Assembly (NCBI GenBank): GCA_028023455.1
Contig: JAQFVV010000003.1
Coordinates: 23,002,001-23,066,000 of the forward strand
DNA: 64,000 nucleotides
Direction of reading: 5' to 3'
Source: Epiperipatus broadwayi
Taxonomy: Eukaryota; Animalia; Onychophora
Below, in pieces: positions 13,062-24,716 of this stretch (within the stretch, counting starts at the first letter, position 1; each line of letters starts with the position of its first letter). A model generated the notes under the pieces. That model did no database searches. It was not told the DNA's origin and worked only from the letters and a program-made list of their open reading frames with translations. The position numbers were made by a program, and so were the translations under genes.

Positions 13062-15003
13062 TGTAATGGGCACACACGCCGTTACATTATTTTTTTTTTA
13101 AAATTAGACATTAAAAATAAAAGTTCACAAATAAAAATTTGTATTTAAAAATTGAAAATTAAAAGTCATCTAAACTTTATATATATAAAATCGCACAGAT
13201 GAAAAATTATTAAAAGAAAACTATTAAAGAAAAAAAAGTATTTTAAAACTAAATTTTCATAAAAAAAAACTTAAAAGATTTGAAGATAAAAATTTATCTT
13301 TAAGAATGTATATAATTTAATTAATGCTATTGTGTAAAATGGAAATGATTATTTTCAATTAGTTAAAAGTAAACTAGCCCTTGGGTATCTCAAAATTTAT
13401 AAGTAAAGGTCAGATAGGAGAGAAAAACAACAATAGAAACAGAATAGCCAATAAAAGAAATCCCTCAGGAAATGGACCTCAATGAAAGGATCATCATCAT
13501 CATGATGTAATGTTGAGTTAATCCACAAAATTAATATTAAAAAAAGAGATGTGATAGAGAGAGGTGTGATATGGGTTACGTTGGAGAGAGTTGAAGGAGA
13601 AGGGATTGAAAGACTCACTTTCAATTCCTTTAGTTTTTCTATAAATGAAAAAAAGAAATGACATCATTTTCCCATATTGCAGACCCCATGATATCAGAGT
13701 TCGGCAATAAAATACCATCTAAAGTAAAGGACCTCTGGATGAATCTATAAAATAGCCAACAGCATAGCGGTTTTCCCAGGACATCGGGGGAATTAATGCT
13801 GGATTCAAATTGCAAGCAACTTTTAAGCATGGATTTTTTTTAAAACCGTAAGAACATTATGAACTTTAATGAACATTAATTCTAAAACTTTCCAGTATTT
13901 GAAAACAATAAGAACTCTAAATTCTAAACATTTCAATATTTAAATAGAAGTAGAATTTCCTATCTGACTGAATTATTTATCAATTATTTTTATTGAATGT
14001 ATTATTTTTTAAAAAAAATCATTTCCATTAATTTATTTTTTCCGTTTTTTAAGTTTTTATTATGATTTTTTTTCTGTTAAACTAAACTTTTAATAAATTT
14101 AAATTTAAGTCGGGTATGAGGAGCTGCATAGATTTGTAAAATTATATTAATTTAATTAAGGGAGGGTTAATCTTGGGTTATTTGTTTCATAGTTAAATTG
14201 GATTAATCGATTGGATATACTGGTGTAATTAGTGAATGTAGTATGAAGGTCCACTATGTGCAGGATCACATGATATGCCACACTTGGGCAAATTAAGTCC
14301 CATTTCGTACTGACCATCAGAAGCATATGTATTCCCTGCTCCTTGGATCACTCCATTAGCCTATGGAATGAGATAGTAAGATGGCAAAAAGGATTGCAAT
14401 CCCTTCCTATGGAGTTGTTTTTTTATTGTTCTTCTTGCCAGACAAATGTAACATTACTGTACTGGACAAGAGACAATTTCTTCTCTATAACCATGCTGTT
14501 CAGATGTGCATTCCTGACAGTATGATATTGTGTTGTCATATTCATGCCGCATTGAATACATCGATACATCAGATGGATTGGCATTGGTTTGACTGCGAAC
14601 TTTTGGCCTAAGGTTAAATAAGGGATAGAATATTTTCTTTTCAAATGCAATCTATGTAGTCTATCCATACTCGACACTCTAATAAAATATTAAACTCATC
14701 TGTGCGAACTTCTAAATAAAAGTTAAAACGTAAATTAAATTCTAAAATAAAAGTTAAAATGTAAGTTAAATGTTTGTGTGTGTTATTACTGGCAGTGGCT
14801 TTTTTTTTTTTTGATATTAAAAAATTATCTCTGCTGCTCCGTGAGCTAGTAACTGGGGCTGACGGTCGCAATAAAATATATATTTAAAATTTGGATCTTA
14901 ACTTACATATCTGCCTACTATATAAATTTTCCAGGTTCAAATGGCCTGGTGGCGCCCTGTATGGCAGATACGATGAGATTCCATGTCCATCCCGATCGTT
15001 ATA
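13062..15003. mobile_element. ~1.9-kb TG...CA element Y2, diverged relative of Y1, inverted and 10 bp away from it
   Basis: Starts TGTAATGG...CCGTTACA. Ends CCCGATCGTTATA (reverse complement TATAACGATCGGGATG, versus Y1 start TGTACCAATCGGAATG), followed by (AT)5. Confidence 0.75.
14361..14668 (-). pseudogene. Small Cys-rich ORF (three CxxC) in element Y2, disrupted
   Basis: MDRLHRLHLKRKYSIPYLTLGQKFAVKPMPIHLMYRCIQCGMN..., then after a frameshift SYCQECTSEQHGYREEIVSCPVQ*CYICLARRTIKKQLHRKGLQSF. Shares LTLG, PIHL, CIQC, YCQECTSEQ, CxIC and LHRxGL with the Y1 ORF. Confidence 0.65.
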
Positions 15004-18000
15004 ATATATATATTGATGAATAATAATTTGATAAACTGTAATTGTAAAAATATGTTAATATTCTGATATTTAAATATGAATAAAAATCCAAGAAATAAAA
15101 CTTTGTAATAGGTTATACTGTTTATGTATACCTTTATATTAATGAATAACAATATTTTAATAAATTGTGTGTAATTGTAATGGTATGTTAATATATTGAT
15201 ATTTAAGTAATAGTCCAAATAGTGATTAACTGTTTATTATTACCACCAATAGCATCCATAAGGTCAGTCAACCGGACATATGCCAAAGGCTAATGGGGCC
15301 CCGCACTGAGCTACTTTACTTTAATTAACAACACTATATAAAGCATTAATAAAATAGACTGAGAGATCAGCATTTGATGCAAGTTTTTATACATAAAACT
15401 AAAGCTTACTTTTGAAATGAAGTGCACCAAATTTCCAAACGTCTCACCATCTGAATGTTTTTTATAAAAATACAATGAGAAAAGTTTCCTTTAAGATGGC
15501 TCTGAAAATACACTTGTAGTTTATAAAATAACCAGTATAGTCTTATTGAATGTATTCTATAGAATCTACTGTGGTAAGGTCATAACATTAAAAAGTATTT
15601 GGCGGTCAAATTGAGTGTGATTTTCATGGCAGGTGCAGACCTCTTTCACATATCTAAGAGGATTTAAAAGATTTTGTAAAGAGATGCAATATTGATTACT
15701 TTCACTGGGAGAATATGCCTAAGAATGCTCATATAATAAGTATATTCTAGTATATGATGGATATTTAATTAATAATTACCTTGAGTGTGGTCTCTATGCC
15801 GAGTCCTAAAAGATTATAAAAAAATATAGAAAGATGTCTATAAAAAAAAATCAGATGATATTACTTAGTTTGAACATTTATATGGTAGGTTAAACTGGAA
15901 TTTATCTAAGGATTTCTAGCTACTGAACTAATTATTTCATCATTGCATTAAACTACAGAGGCCAAACCATTTGCTAAATGATCATCTGAGATGTTAAAAT
16001 TTGCTGATGTTGTGGGAAACTTAAGATTTAAAAAACTGGAATAATTATTGCAGATGATGATGTAAATAACACAGAAACATATCTTATATTTTAATATTTA
16101 CAAATTTATTTAAATAATAGGCTGACATATTTTAAATATATTAATACAACACCCTATGAAAAAATTTCTAAGGAGGCATTTTTTATAAAGTCACCCAATC
16201 TTAATCTTAACACTCTTATAAAAGATGTTAAGCTTTCTATTCAAAGATAGATAAAATAAATAAGATCAAGGTAAATATTATGAATGATTGCTAATATTTG
16301 ATCAACATGGTATATTTTTAATATTTAATTATATTATAAACTTGAATAATCCATCATTAAGTTGCATTTAACTTTTTGGGGATTTTTAATTTTTTCTATA
16401 TGATTAACATGTTACTAAACTGCAAAAGAAGTCTTAATATAAATATTGGCACTAGGTTGTTGCACCACACTATCAAATTATATTTTAATTGTCCCTTTAA
16501 ATATCCTTACAATGACACATTCTCCGTTTCCGTTGTTACAAATTCAATGTATTATAAAATACATTAATGCAATAAGAGCTAGGATATCCACTATATTTTA
16601 TTCCAAGTTCATTTCACATACATTGTGGATAATAGTTCAGGTATTATTCATGAACTTTGATTGCAGTATATATTTAACTGTTCTATAAATATACAGTAAC
16701 TTCTCAACATGCACACACATACAATATATATACAGTATATATATATGCAACAATTTTTTTTTTGTATGTATATAAATTATAATATAACCAAAATTTAAAA
16801 AAAAAAAGTAATTAATAAATGGGTTGAGCACATTTACATATACTCTTACTATGACCACTCATTCATATTTACTCCAAAAATAATAAAAGAACTTACTGTT
16901 GTAATGGTTAGAAACGTATGGTTCGTCAACAAGACCCAAGAACCAAGTAAAAGTTAATCTGCATGTATGGGGGTACTGGTTCACACTACACAATGCTGAT
17001 CAAAACCCATTGACCTAAACCTTGAAAATCTAAACCACGTGACCATTGCCTCTGATGCTAGCATCTGTATCCTTCTCTTTTCGGGTCTAGTGATCAGGGA
17101 GAAACATGGACTCTTATAATAAAATATCTCAATAATAGTAGTGAGGTTGATATTCTTAAAGGAGTATATAGTAGGAATAAATTCATTTGCAATAAACAAA
17201 ACAAACACTAGAGTAACATATATATATATAGTTTATTAATGAAATAATGTGTTAGTAATTGATCTTCTACAATAAAAATACAAATACAGTAAATATATCA
17301 TTAACTATATGCTAGGTTATGTGACATCTGTGTGTTTTCATCCCTACTTGGAATTGATTTAGACAAATCTGTCTCAATAAAAATTACTAAATTGATTGGT
17401 CCAACAAACTACCAGGGATGAGAGACGGACTAATCACCAAAATATCTTCAACTTAATCTGATGAGCATTCAACTCCTCAACACTAAATCTGTAAGTCAAA
17501 TAGGGTGATCTGAAAGATGTGCAACTGGCACAGTGAAAATTCAACCTTAAAAATTAGTATAGTGAACAACAACCTGGGGCATCCCAGTTAAAGTACAGAC
17601 AACCATATGTTAATAATAACAGGAGAATGTGGTACTGGCTGATGGGATTATATTACCTCTGTAAAGTCTCACCGATGACTAAACAATGATCACAGGCAGC
17701 AGGAACATATATCTGTCCCATGAACTAAAAAGAAAAATCCTCCAAGATACTAGAGAATAGATATGCTCAGCATTGAGTGATGCATAGTTAAAGAAACAAG
17801 TAACTGATCCTGACAAATCTAAATGTCATGGCAGGAAAAACATCTGCACAGACAATAAGTATATGCAAATGAAGAAGTGATCGGTGAATTTGTTCATATT
17901 AAATTTTAATTGGAGACGTATATATAATACAATCCAGCAACACATAAAAATAATCATAAATATAACTTATTTAGCCTGTTTATAAAATATAAGAGCATGT

Positions 18001-18164
18001 GTGGGTTTGCCTGATATGCCACTTTAGTCATTCACTATCCCCCTCCCTTCACGCTTTAATAAAAAAAAATCTATCACTAAAAAAATATCACCCTGTGTAA
18101 CTGAATGCTTTTCTGAAGATTAAGTTGTCTTTAGTTAACATTTAATAAATAAAACAAATATCAT

Positions 18165-19063
18165 ACTGCCAACCAGAGTAATAAATGGATGCCAGAAGAC
18201 TTGTGCATAAAATCTCCACCTAGTGCCTACTCATCCAACATCCCCAGACTAGTTTCTGGCTTGTGACCTTCATCAATGAGTCGCCTTGGATCTGAGAGCA
18301 CTGCATCCAGATTTTAGAATCTAATGCAATCCTCCAACAGCCACCTTCTATCTCTACTTAACTACAAAACTATTAGAATGAAATTAAAAACCCAATAATA
18401 TTTTAAATCTAAACTCAATAGCTTATATAGTCATATGGGTCTGAACTCAGTTCAGCACCCATATTTTTGGTGTCTTTGGCTTTTTAACAACCATATCCAC
18501 CACTATCCTATTAGGCAGGATTGGTGTTAAACCACTGAACATCACATGATCACCATCTCTTATGCTAGCACATAACTGTTATTAAACAGGCAAAACTCTC
18601 TATACAGTAGTATCAACCTGTGTCAACCAGAGTAGTCAATGGATGCCAGAAGGCTTGTTCATAAAATCCCCACCTAGTGCCTACTCATCCAACATCACCA
18701 GAATAGTTTCTGGCTTGTGGCCTTCGTCAGTGAGGAGCTTTGGATCTGAGAGCATTGCACCTGAAAACACATAAGCTATTGAGCTTAGATTGAAAATATT
18801 ATTGTGTTTTCAATTTTATTCTCATAGTTTTGTAGTTAAGTAGAGATAAAAGGTGGCTGCTGGAGGGTTGCATTAGATCCTAAGATCTAAGTGCAGTGCT
18901 CTCAGATTTAAGGCTCCTCACTGACGAAGGCCACAAGCCAAAAACTAGTCTGGGGATGTTGGATGAGTAGGCACCAGGTGGGAATTTTATGCACAAGCCT
19001 TTTGGCATCCATTGATTATTCTGGTTGGCACTACTGTATGGAGAGTTTTGCCTGTTTAATAAT
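18165..19063. mobile_element. Hammerhead family-1 composite: ~1.4 tandem monomers (HHR on minus) plus an inverted partial monomer (HHR on plus)
   Basis: ~454-bp period between hammerheads at ~18235-18292 (C3>U) and 18687-18745 (core intact). Inverted copy at ~18905-18965 (G12>A). No clear TSD. Confidence 0.9.
18687..18745 (-). ncRNA. Type I hammerhead ribozyme, family 1, catalytic core intact
   Basis: Minus strand ATCCAAAGC TCCTCA CTGACGA A GGC CACAA GCC A GAAA CTAT TC TGGTGA TG TTGGAT: stem I, stem II and minimal stem III, with a UUC cleavage triplet. Confidence 0.7.
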
Positions 19064-21163
19064 AGTATTTTGAAAGCTACAGATTCCTAAGATAAATAAT
19101 ATATTGTAATCTTTTCATAAAAAAAAAAATTGTACACATAGTTAGCCTTTAATTATATCCCTGAACCAACATATATATATTCATAAGTAGTTAACATTTG
19201 AATTTTAAATAAAACAGATAACAACTTAGATTTTAAATAAAATAAGGATCATTTCACACTTGATTATATATAGTTTGCTGATTTTCAAGTCGGGAAAACA
19301 AGACAAAAGCAAAGTTCTACTTAAAAATAATTCAAATTATTTTTTAGAATATTTTAAAAGATAGGGATGACCAAATATAAAAAGAGAAGCAGTAATAAAC
19401 TATATAATAAACAATTATTTTCCCCCAACTTTCTTTTAACACTAGCGTCCGTTAACGAAAAATGTTAGTATAATATATACTTACATAATCATTTAAATGA
19501 CGCAATTTATCTATAAATCTAACATAAATTAATTTACAAGTGAGATTATAATGAAATTATAAGGCCATCCGTATTTTAAACTAAGGGAAATAATTTCATG
19601 AAATTCAAAGTTAAGGTATAAAATGATTATTGTATTAATTAGCATGCTTACAATTTAAATGGGAATAGAGTTCCGAGAAATATAGCTATATACATAAATT
19701 ACTTTACACTCGAGTTTTATAATACCTTCTTATACTGTTGAAATTGTTCGTGGCTGGTTAAAATAGTCTCCCATGATGTAGATTACATCCAAGGAGGGAA
19801 TGATTTGCAGCATAATGATATTTCCTTTCTTTTTTCCTCTGGTTTACTCCGGGTTGTTTCATTATGGTACGTCACTGCAGATAAGTTTAGTCTCTATCAT
19901 TCATATTGTTGGGAATGGTTTCATCTGTTCTCTGTGCTGGGTCTCTAGGTCAGAAGGTGGATGGTAATGCCTTTTCCCTGAGAAGACAGGGAAGCATCGG
20001 TGTTTTACTCCTTTGCCATTATAGCTTTAAACACGTCAATGGATTTGTTTAATGCTCAAGCTAGTACAGGAATCTAATGCAAGAATAAGCATAAATTCAA
20101 AAACAATCCCAGATATATATATTCTTATTTTATCTTTTACACAAAAAATCTCCCGAAAGGCCTTTTTTTTTTAAAAAAAAAAAAAAGCAAATCAATTAGT
20201 AAAATGAAAATACCAGCGTTAGTTGATTTTAATATTACCATACCCGTTGTTTTATTATAATCTCTTATCTCTGCTATTTTCTACCAAAGTTTTAAAATCA
20301 AATTAAATAAAGGCATCTTAATTAAATTCTCTAGTAAAACCTTTTAAGATCAACTAGATAATAGAGTTATGCCATTTTTATTTTAACTGCTTTTCAAAAT
20401 AATATAAGTTATTTAATCACTAAAAATATTTCTACTTTCTATGAAAATTCCAACTTTCATCATAATTATATCTTTTTTTCTTCAATAATTTTTTCCCCAA
20501 AAGAAATGTAACAATTCTTATTATTAATATAGCTATGACCTCTTTAGTTGTTTTTATATTTTTTAGTTTATATTAACTTTGCAATGTCATCCCTGCTTTA
20601 TCCCATTCCATATTCTCAGATAAACTTAGCTATCTAATGTAATTTACAGCTCACTTTTTTCTCCCACTAATAAGATAACTTTCATTTTTCCATTTAAGAA
20701 AGATATATTTTGAAAATTTTCTTAAATTTCATACTATTTCTAGCTTTATGCTTAGAAAACTATAACATATCAATCAATAAAAAAAAAAAGAATAAAATGT
20801 ACTAGCTTTCAAAATAACTCAGTGAAATGTACTTATTACAAAATTTATGAATTTTCATATTTTTACTTTTTGTTTATTAGCATTAAAATATATATATATT
20901 TGAAAAGTAGTTTATATTGGTACAGTGCATATCACAATGATTAAAAAAAGGGAATTTTTTAAAAATTGCTATAGAAAATAATATATTTAGAAATAGAAAT
21001 AATGAATTGATTTGTCATTTTTCAAATATAAAAAAGTATTTATGAAGAAAACATAATCCAGAAAATTATTTTAGGCTTTTATTTTCAAGCACCTTTCAAC
21101 TATCCACACTATCTCATACAACTGATACACATGACCACATACATGTAGAAAAGATAAATAATC

Positions 21164-21207
21164 ACCAATATAAGTATTTCGTGCTAAACCAGCACTCATC
21201 AGTTGGT
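21164..21207 (-). ncRNA. Type I hammerhead ribozyme, family 2, canonical
   Basis: Minus strand ACCAA CTGATGA GTGCT GGTTT AGCAC GAAA TACTTA TA TTGGT: perfect 5-bp stem I, perfect 5-bp stem II, short stem III, AUA cleavage triplet. Confidence 0.88.
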
Positions 21208-21535
21208 CCAGATTATCATCGCCCACACACATATATATAATCAGTGCTCAGTATATATTAAGATAGCAAATCTTCATACTTTAATGGACAGGCTTCAATG
21301 CACTCCAATCCCCAACTTTTCAGCCATCTATATCTTGAAAATCTGATGATGAAAACCCAGATCCCATGCTGATGCTAATTATTTTAATGATATAGATAGC
21401 TGAAAAGTTGGGGGTTGGAGTGGATTGAAGCCTGTCCATTAAAGTATGAAAATTTCCTATCTTAATATATACTGAACACTGATTATATATATATATATAT
21501 ATATGCGTGTGTGCATGGGGGAGATGATAATCTGG

Positions 21536-21579
21536 ACCAACTGATGAGTGCTGGTTTAGCACGAAATACATATATTGAT
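21536..21579 (+). ncRNA. Type I hammerhead ribozyme, family 2 (one stem I mismatch)
   Basis: ACCAA CTGATGA GTGCT GGTTT AGCAC GAAA TACATA TA TTGAT. Confidence 0.82.
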
Positions 21580-22959
21580 GATTATTTATCTTTTCTACAT
21601 GTGTGTGGTCATGTGTATCAGTTCTATGAGATAGGGTGGATAGTTGAAGGGTGCTTGAAAATTTGAGTTCAAATCCCCTATACTTACAATTAAAGCTCCC
21701 AGTTTTGTGAAAAGTGTTTGGTTTTCAAATAATTAGGCTTTTATATATATTTTTAAAAATACCCAAATTTTGTTTGCAGATAAGAAGTATTGGCAACTCT
21801 AATTCTTTTCTTATTCAAAATAAAAACAAGGGCAATAGAACATTTATCATATACATTATCTAAAAGGAAATGACTAAGGGTAAAATACCTTTATACAGTC
21901 AACTTTAGACAAAGGCTGATTTGATAACCTCCATATATGAATTATGAAAGAGAAGGTACTATTTGCCTTATTTGGCAATTGGGTTATGAAATTTGGACAT
22001 TTTTTCATTTTTGTGTAACTCTTTACCTAAGGATAATTGGGTACTATTAGATGATTAATTGTAGTGATTATGGAACAACTACTTAAAAAAAAAATCTAAG
22101 TCTGATTGCATCCTAGAATTTTTTTATCCACCTGATTCAAGGCCAGATCACAAAAATGCCAGATAAATGGACTACAAGGTGCACTTTTACTATACATATA
22201 AAATATTGTGTATATAAACTATTCATTTAAGGAAGATGTGGGATTTCAGCAATTACATTTTTTTGTTCATCTTACACATAAAATATTCTGCTAAGGAATC
22301 AACTGTTTCCATCCAAATGGCTTTTACAAACTTTACATTTGTAATAAATTATTCTAGAAATATTAGAATAAAATACCAAAGCAAATTCAAAAGTTAACAA
22401 TTATTTGTAACATGCTCTTTCTTAAAGTTTGTATTCATTGCTTTTTTTTCTGGCTCAGAGCAATGATAAAATGGCTGACTCCAGAGCTAAAGATTTCTGG
22501 ACAGATTTTTGGCCAAGAAAAGTAAAAAGTTAGTTTGGTCAATTGAATGAAAATTTTGTGTTCAACTTATAACTAACTTGTTTTCTTGAATGTTACATAT
22601 TCTTCAAAACAACTGACTCTTGAGTAACAACAATAAAAAACTTCCCATTCTAAGTCTTCTTATACAGGCTTTCTTGAAATAAAATTTTCATCCAGCTTGC
22701 CCACTATGATCATACATCATCATAGTGAGGACATTATATTTAGCAATGCTATAGAATATTTATCTATAGTCATTTTTGCCATCAACGATTAACAAAATGA
22801 AAAGAGGCTGCTTTAAATAATATTCATTTTGGTTTCACAGTAATTTACTGCATTAGAAAATTTTTGTGATGAATGCATGTAAAATTCTAGTCTAGTTTAG
22901 AATGGTAGATCACTATTAAATGCTAACTAGCATGTAATCAAGAGTTTTATGGTGATTGC

Positions 22960-23480
22960 ATTGATTTTCTAAAGTAAAGTTTGGAGACTTTTTGAGGTAG
23001 CTGAAAGATTTTCAAGCAAAAACAAGATATTTTCAAATGCCTGCCCATAGCCAATTTAACTAGCCTTCAATATTGATCAATAACTGGTATTTAACTATAA
23101 ATATTTAGAGAGTAAAAGTTGCTTCTAGAAGTCTATTGTCAAGTCATGAACAGCCTCATGGTGATTGGATTAATCTAGGAGAGAAATTTGAAGACTTTTC
23201 AGGTAAATGAGAAATTTTATAAGAAAATCCAGGATTTCTTCAATTGCTGAGTTATGGATTAGTTGGAGACTAGATGACCAAAATAATTAAGACCAATAAA
23301 GATTAATGATGTGCTTACCATGAAAAAAGATTATAGATTTCACTGTGGTAAATATGCCATACTTTTAAAAGATCTGATCAATGTTTTTATTGATGATACA
23401 TTGATGAAAACTTTATTAATTGTATATATCAATACAGCCATTTGTAAACAAATATGGCAATTCTCTCTCCAGAAAAAAAA
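22960..23480 (+). mobile_element. Possible very decayed hAT transposase fragment
   Basis: tct agg aga gaa att tga aga ctt ttc (~23178-23204) resembles the SRGxxLxRxF part of the hAT RWLSRG motif. Otherwise stop-riddled. Confidence 0.25.
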
Positions 23481-24299
23481 AACCCAATCTGAATTCTTCG
23501 TGTAGAAGCTATTGAAAACCCCCAGTGAGCTATATGTAAACTAATACAACTCTGTCAATAAATGAAAAAGTATAGTAGACCCATCTGTATTTTAGCTTGA
23601 ATTATACATAAGCATTCTATTTACGCCTTACATATATTAATGTAATTTCAGGATAACTATAAGCTATTCTAAAATCACTATAACTGACAGACAGAAAGAG
23701 TGAGCCTCATATTTAATATTTCTGAATATAAAATTAATCTTGTTAATAGATGTAAAAATTAATTGACATAGCACAAATATAGATGAAATTCATGGTAAGC
23801 TACTGAAAAATCCCAGTGAGTTTACACTAGCTCACTGGAGTTTTTCAGCAACTTCTGCATTCATTTTAACTATATTTAAATCTGAATTATTATGTATGTA
23901 AGTAAAAAATGAGTATATATAAATTCATAATATTATTATTAGTTAATACAGAAATGACTGATTGCATAAAAGATTCATGAAAACAAGTCCTACATTACTT
24001 TCCTAAATTAAAAAGTACCCTATATAGTTTAATTAAGAGATAGAATGGCAGATTATGGAATTCAAAGTTATTTTTAGTATTAAAAAAAACATTTCCAAGC
24101 AATAAACTATTCAATTATTATTATTGAAAGCAGTGAAAAAAAAAAAAGGAAATAAAAAGGGAATGAGCAAAGAGAACAATTGTAATAATATTATTTCATT
24201 AACTAGATAAAATAATATTTGGTCAGTCAACAAAAAAAAACGTGCTTTATACTTACAAAACTAAAAAAAAAACTTAAAGAAGTTATTATTTTTTTTCAA

Positions 24300-24635
24300 A
24301 TTATAAAATTGCGTTCAATGTAGAGATGATTTTAAAGTTATCTATAAGACCTCTAAAACAATAAAATGTTGACACATCTAAATGTTAAAAAATCTATTAA
24401 TTATTAAGAATCATTAGTTATATTTTAGCCATATTAAAATTTTTAACTGTCAAAGCACATCAATAATTCTATCTTTGATTATGAAATCATAAAATTGCTT
24501 TCAATGTAGAGATATGTTTTTAAAATTATTCATAAGATTTTAAAAACAAGATTGCCATAGTTAAGTGATAAAAAAATCTATCAATTATTAAGAATTATTA
24601 GTTAAATTTAAGACATATTAAAATTTTAACTGTCA
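24300..24635 (+). repeat. Two-copy diverged tandem duplication, ~190-bp period
   Basis: ataaaattgc..ttcaatgtagagat ... aaaaaatctat.aattattaagaat ... aaaattttaactgtca occurs at ~24300-24451 and ~24487-24634. Confidence 0.8.
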
Positions 24636-24716
24636 TACCACAAAAATGAGCCAAAAATAAGTGATTATTAAACTATGAAATATGAGAAGCAGGTATCATC
24701 AACAATTCTATCTTTG

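Larger units (their letters stand above)
21083..21732. mobile_element. Hammerhead family-2 head-to-head inverted composite with 12-bp TSD
   Basis: ~250-bp arms (21083-21334 versus ~21390-21660) around a ~55-bp spacer. Direct repeat TTAGGCTTTTAT at 21071-21082 and 21733-21744. Confidence 0.88.

Noticed and set aside
16860-17218. GC-richer segment ending GTAACA|TATATATA like the LTR-like elements
   Set aside because: No matching 5' terminus or TSD could be defined; left unannotated.
17640-17790. GLYYL...TYIC as a possible Penelope GIY-YIG remnant next to a hammerhead composite
   Set aside because: Motif spacing is too long, stops are present and there is no adjacent RT evidence.
21341-21362. 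CTGATGATGAAA in the spacer of the family-2 composite
   Set aside because: No stem II and no convincing stems I or III.
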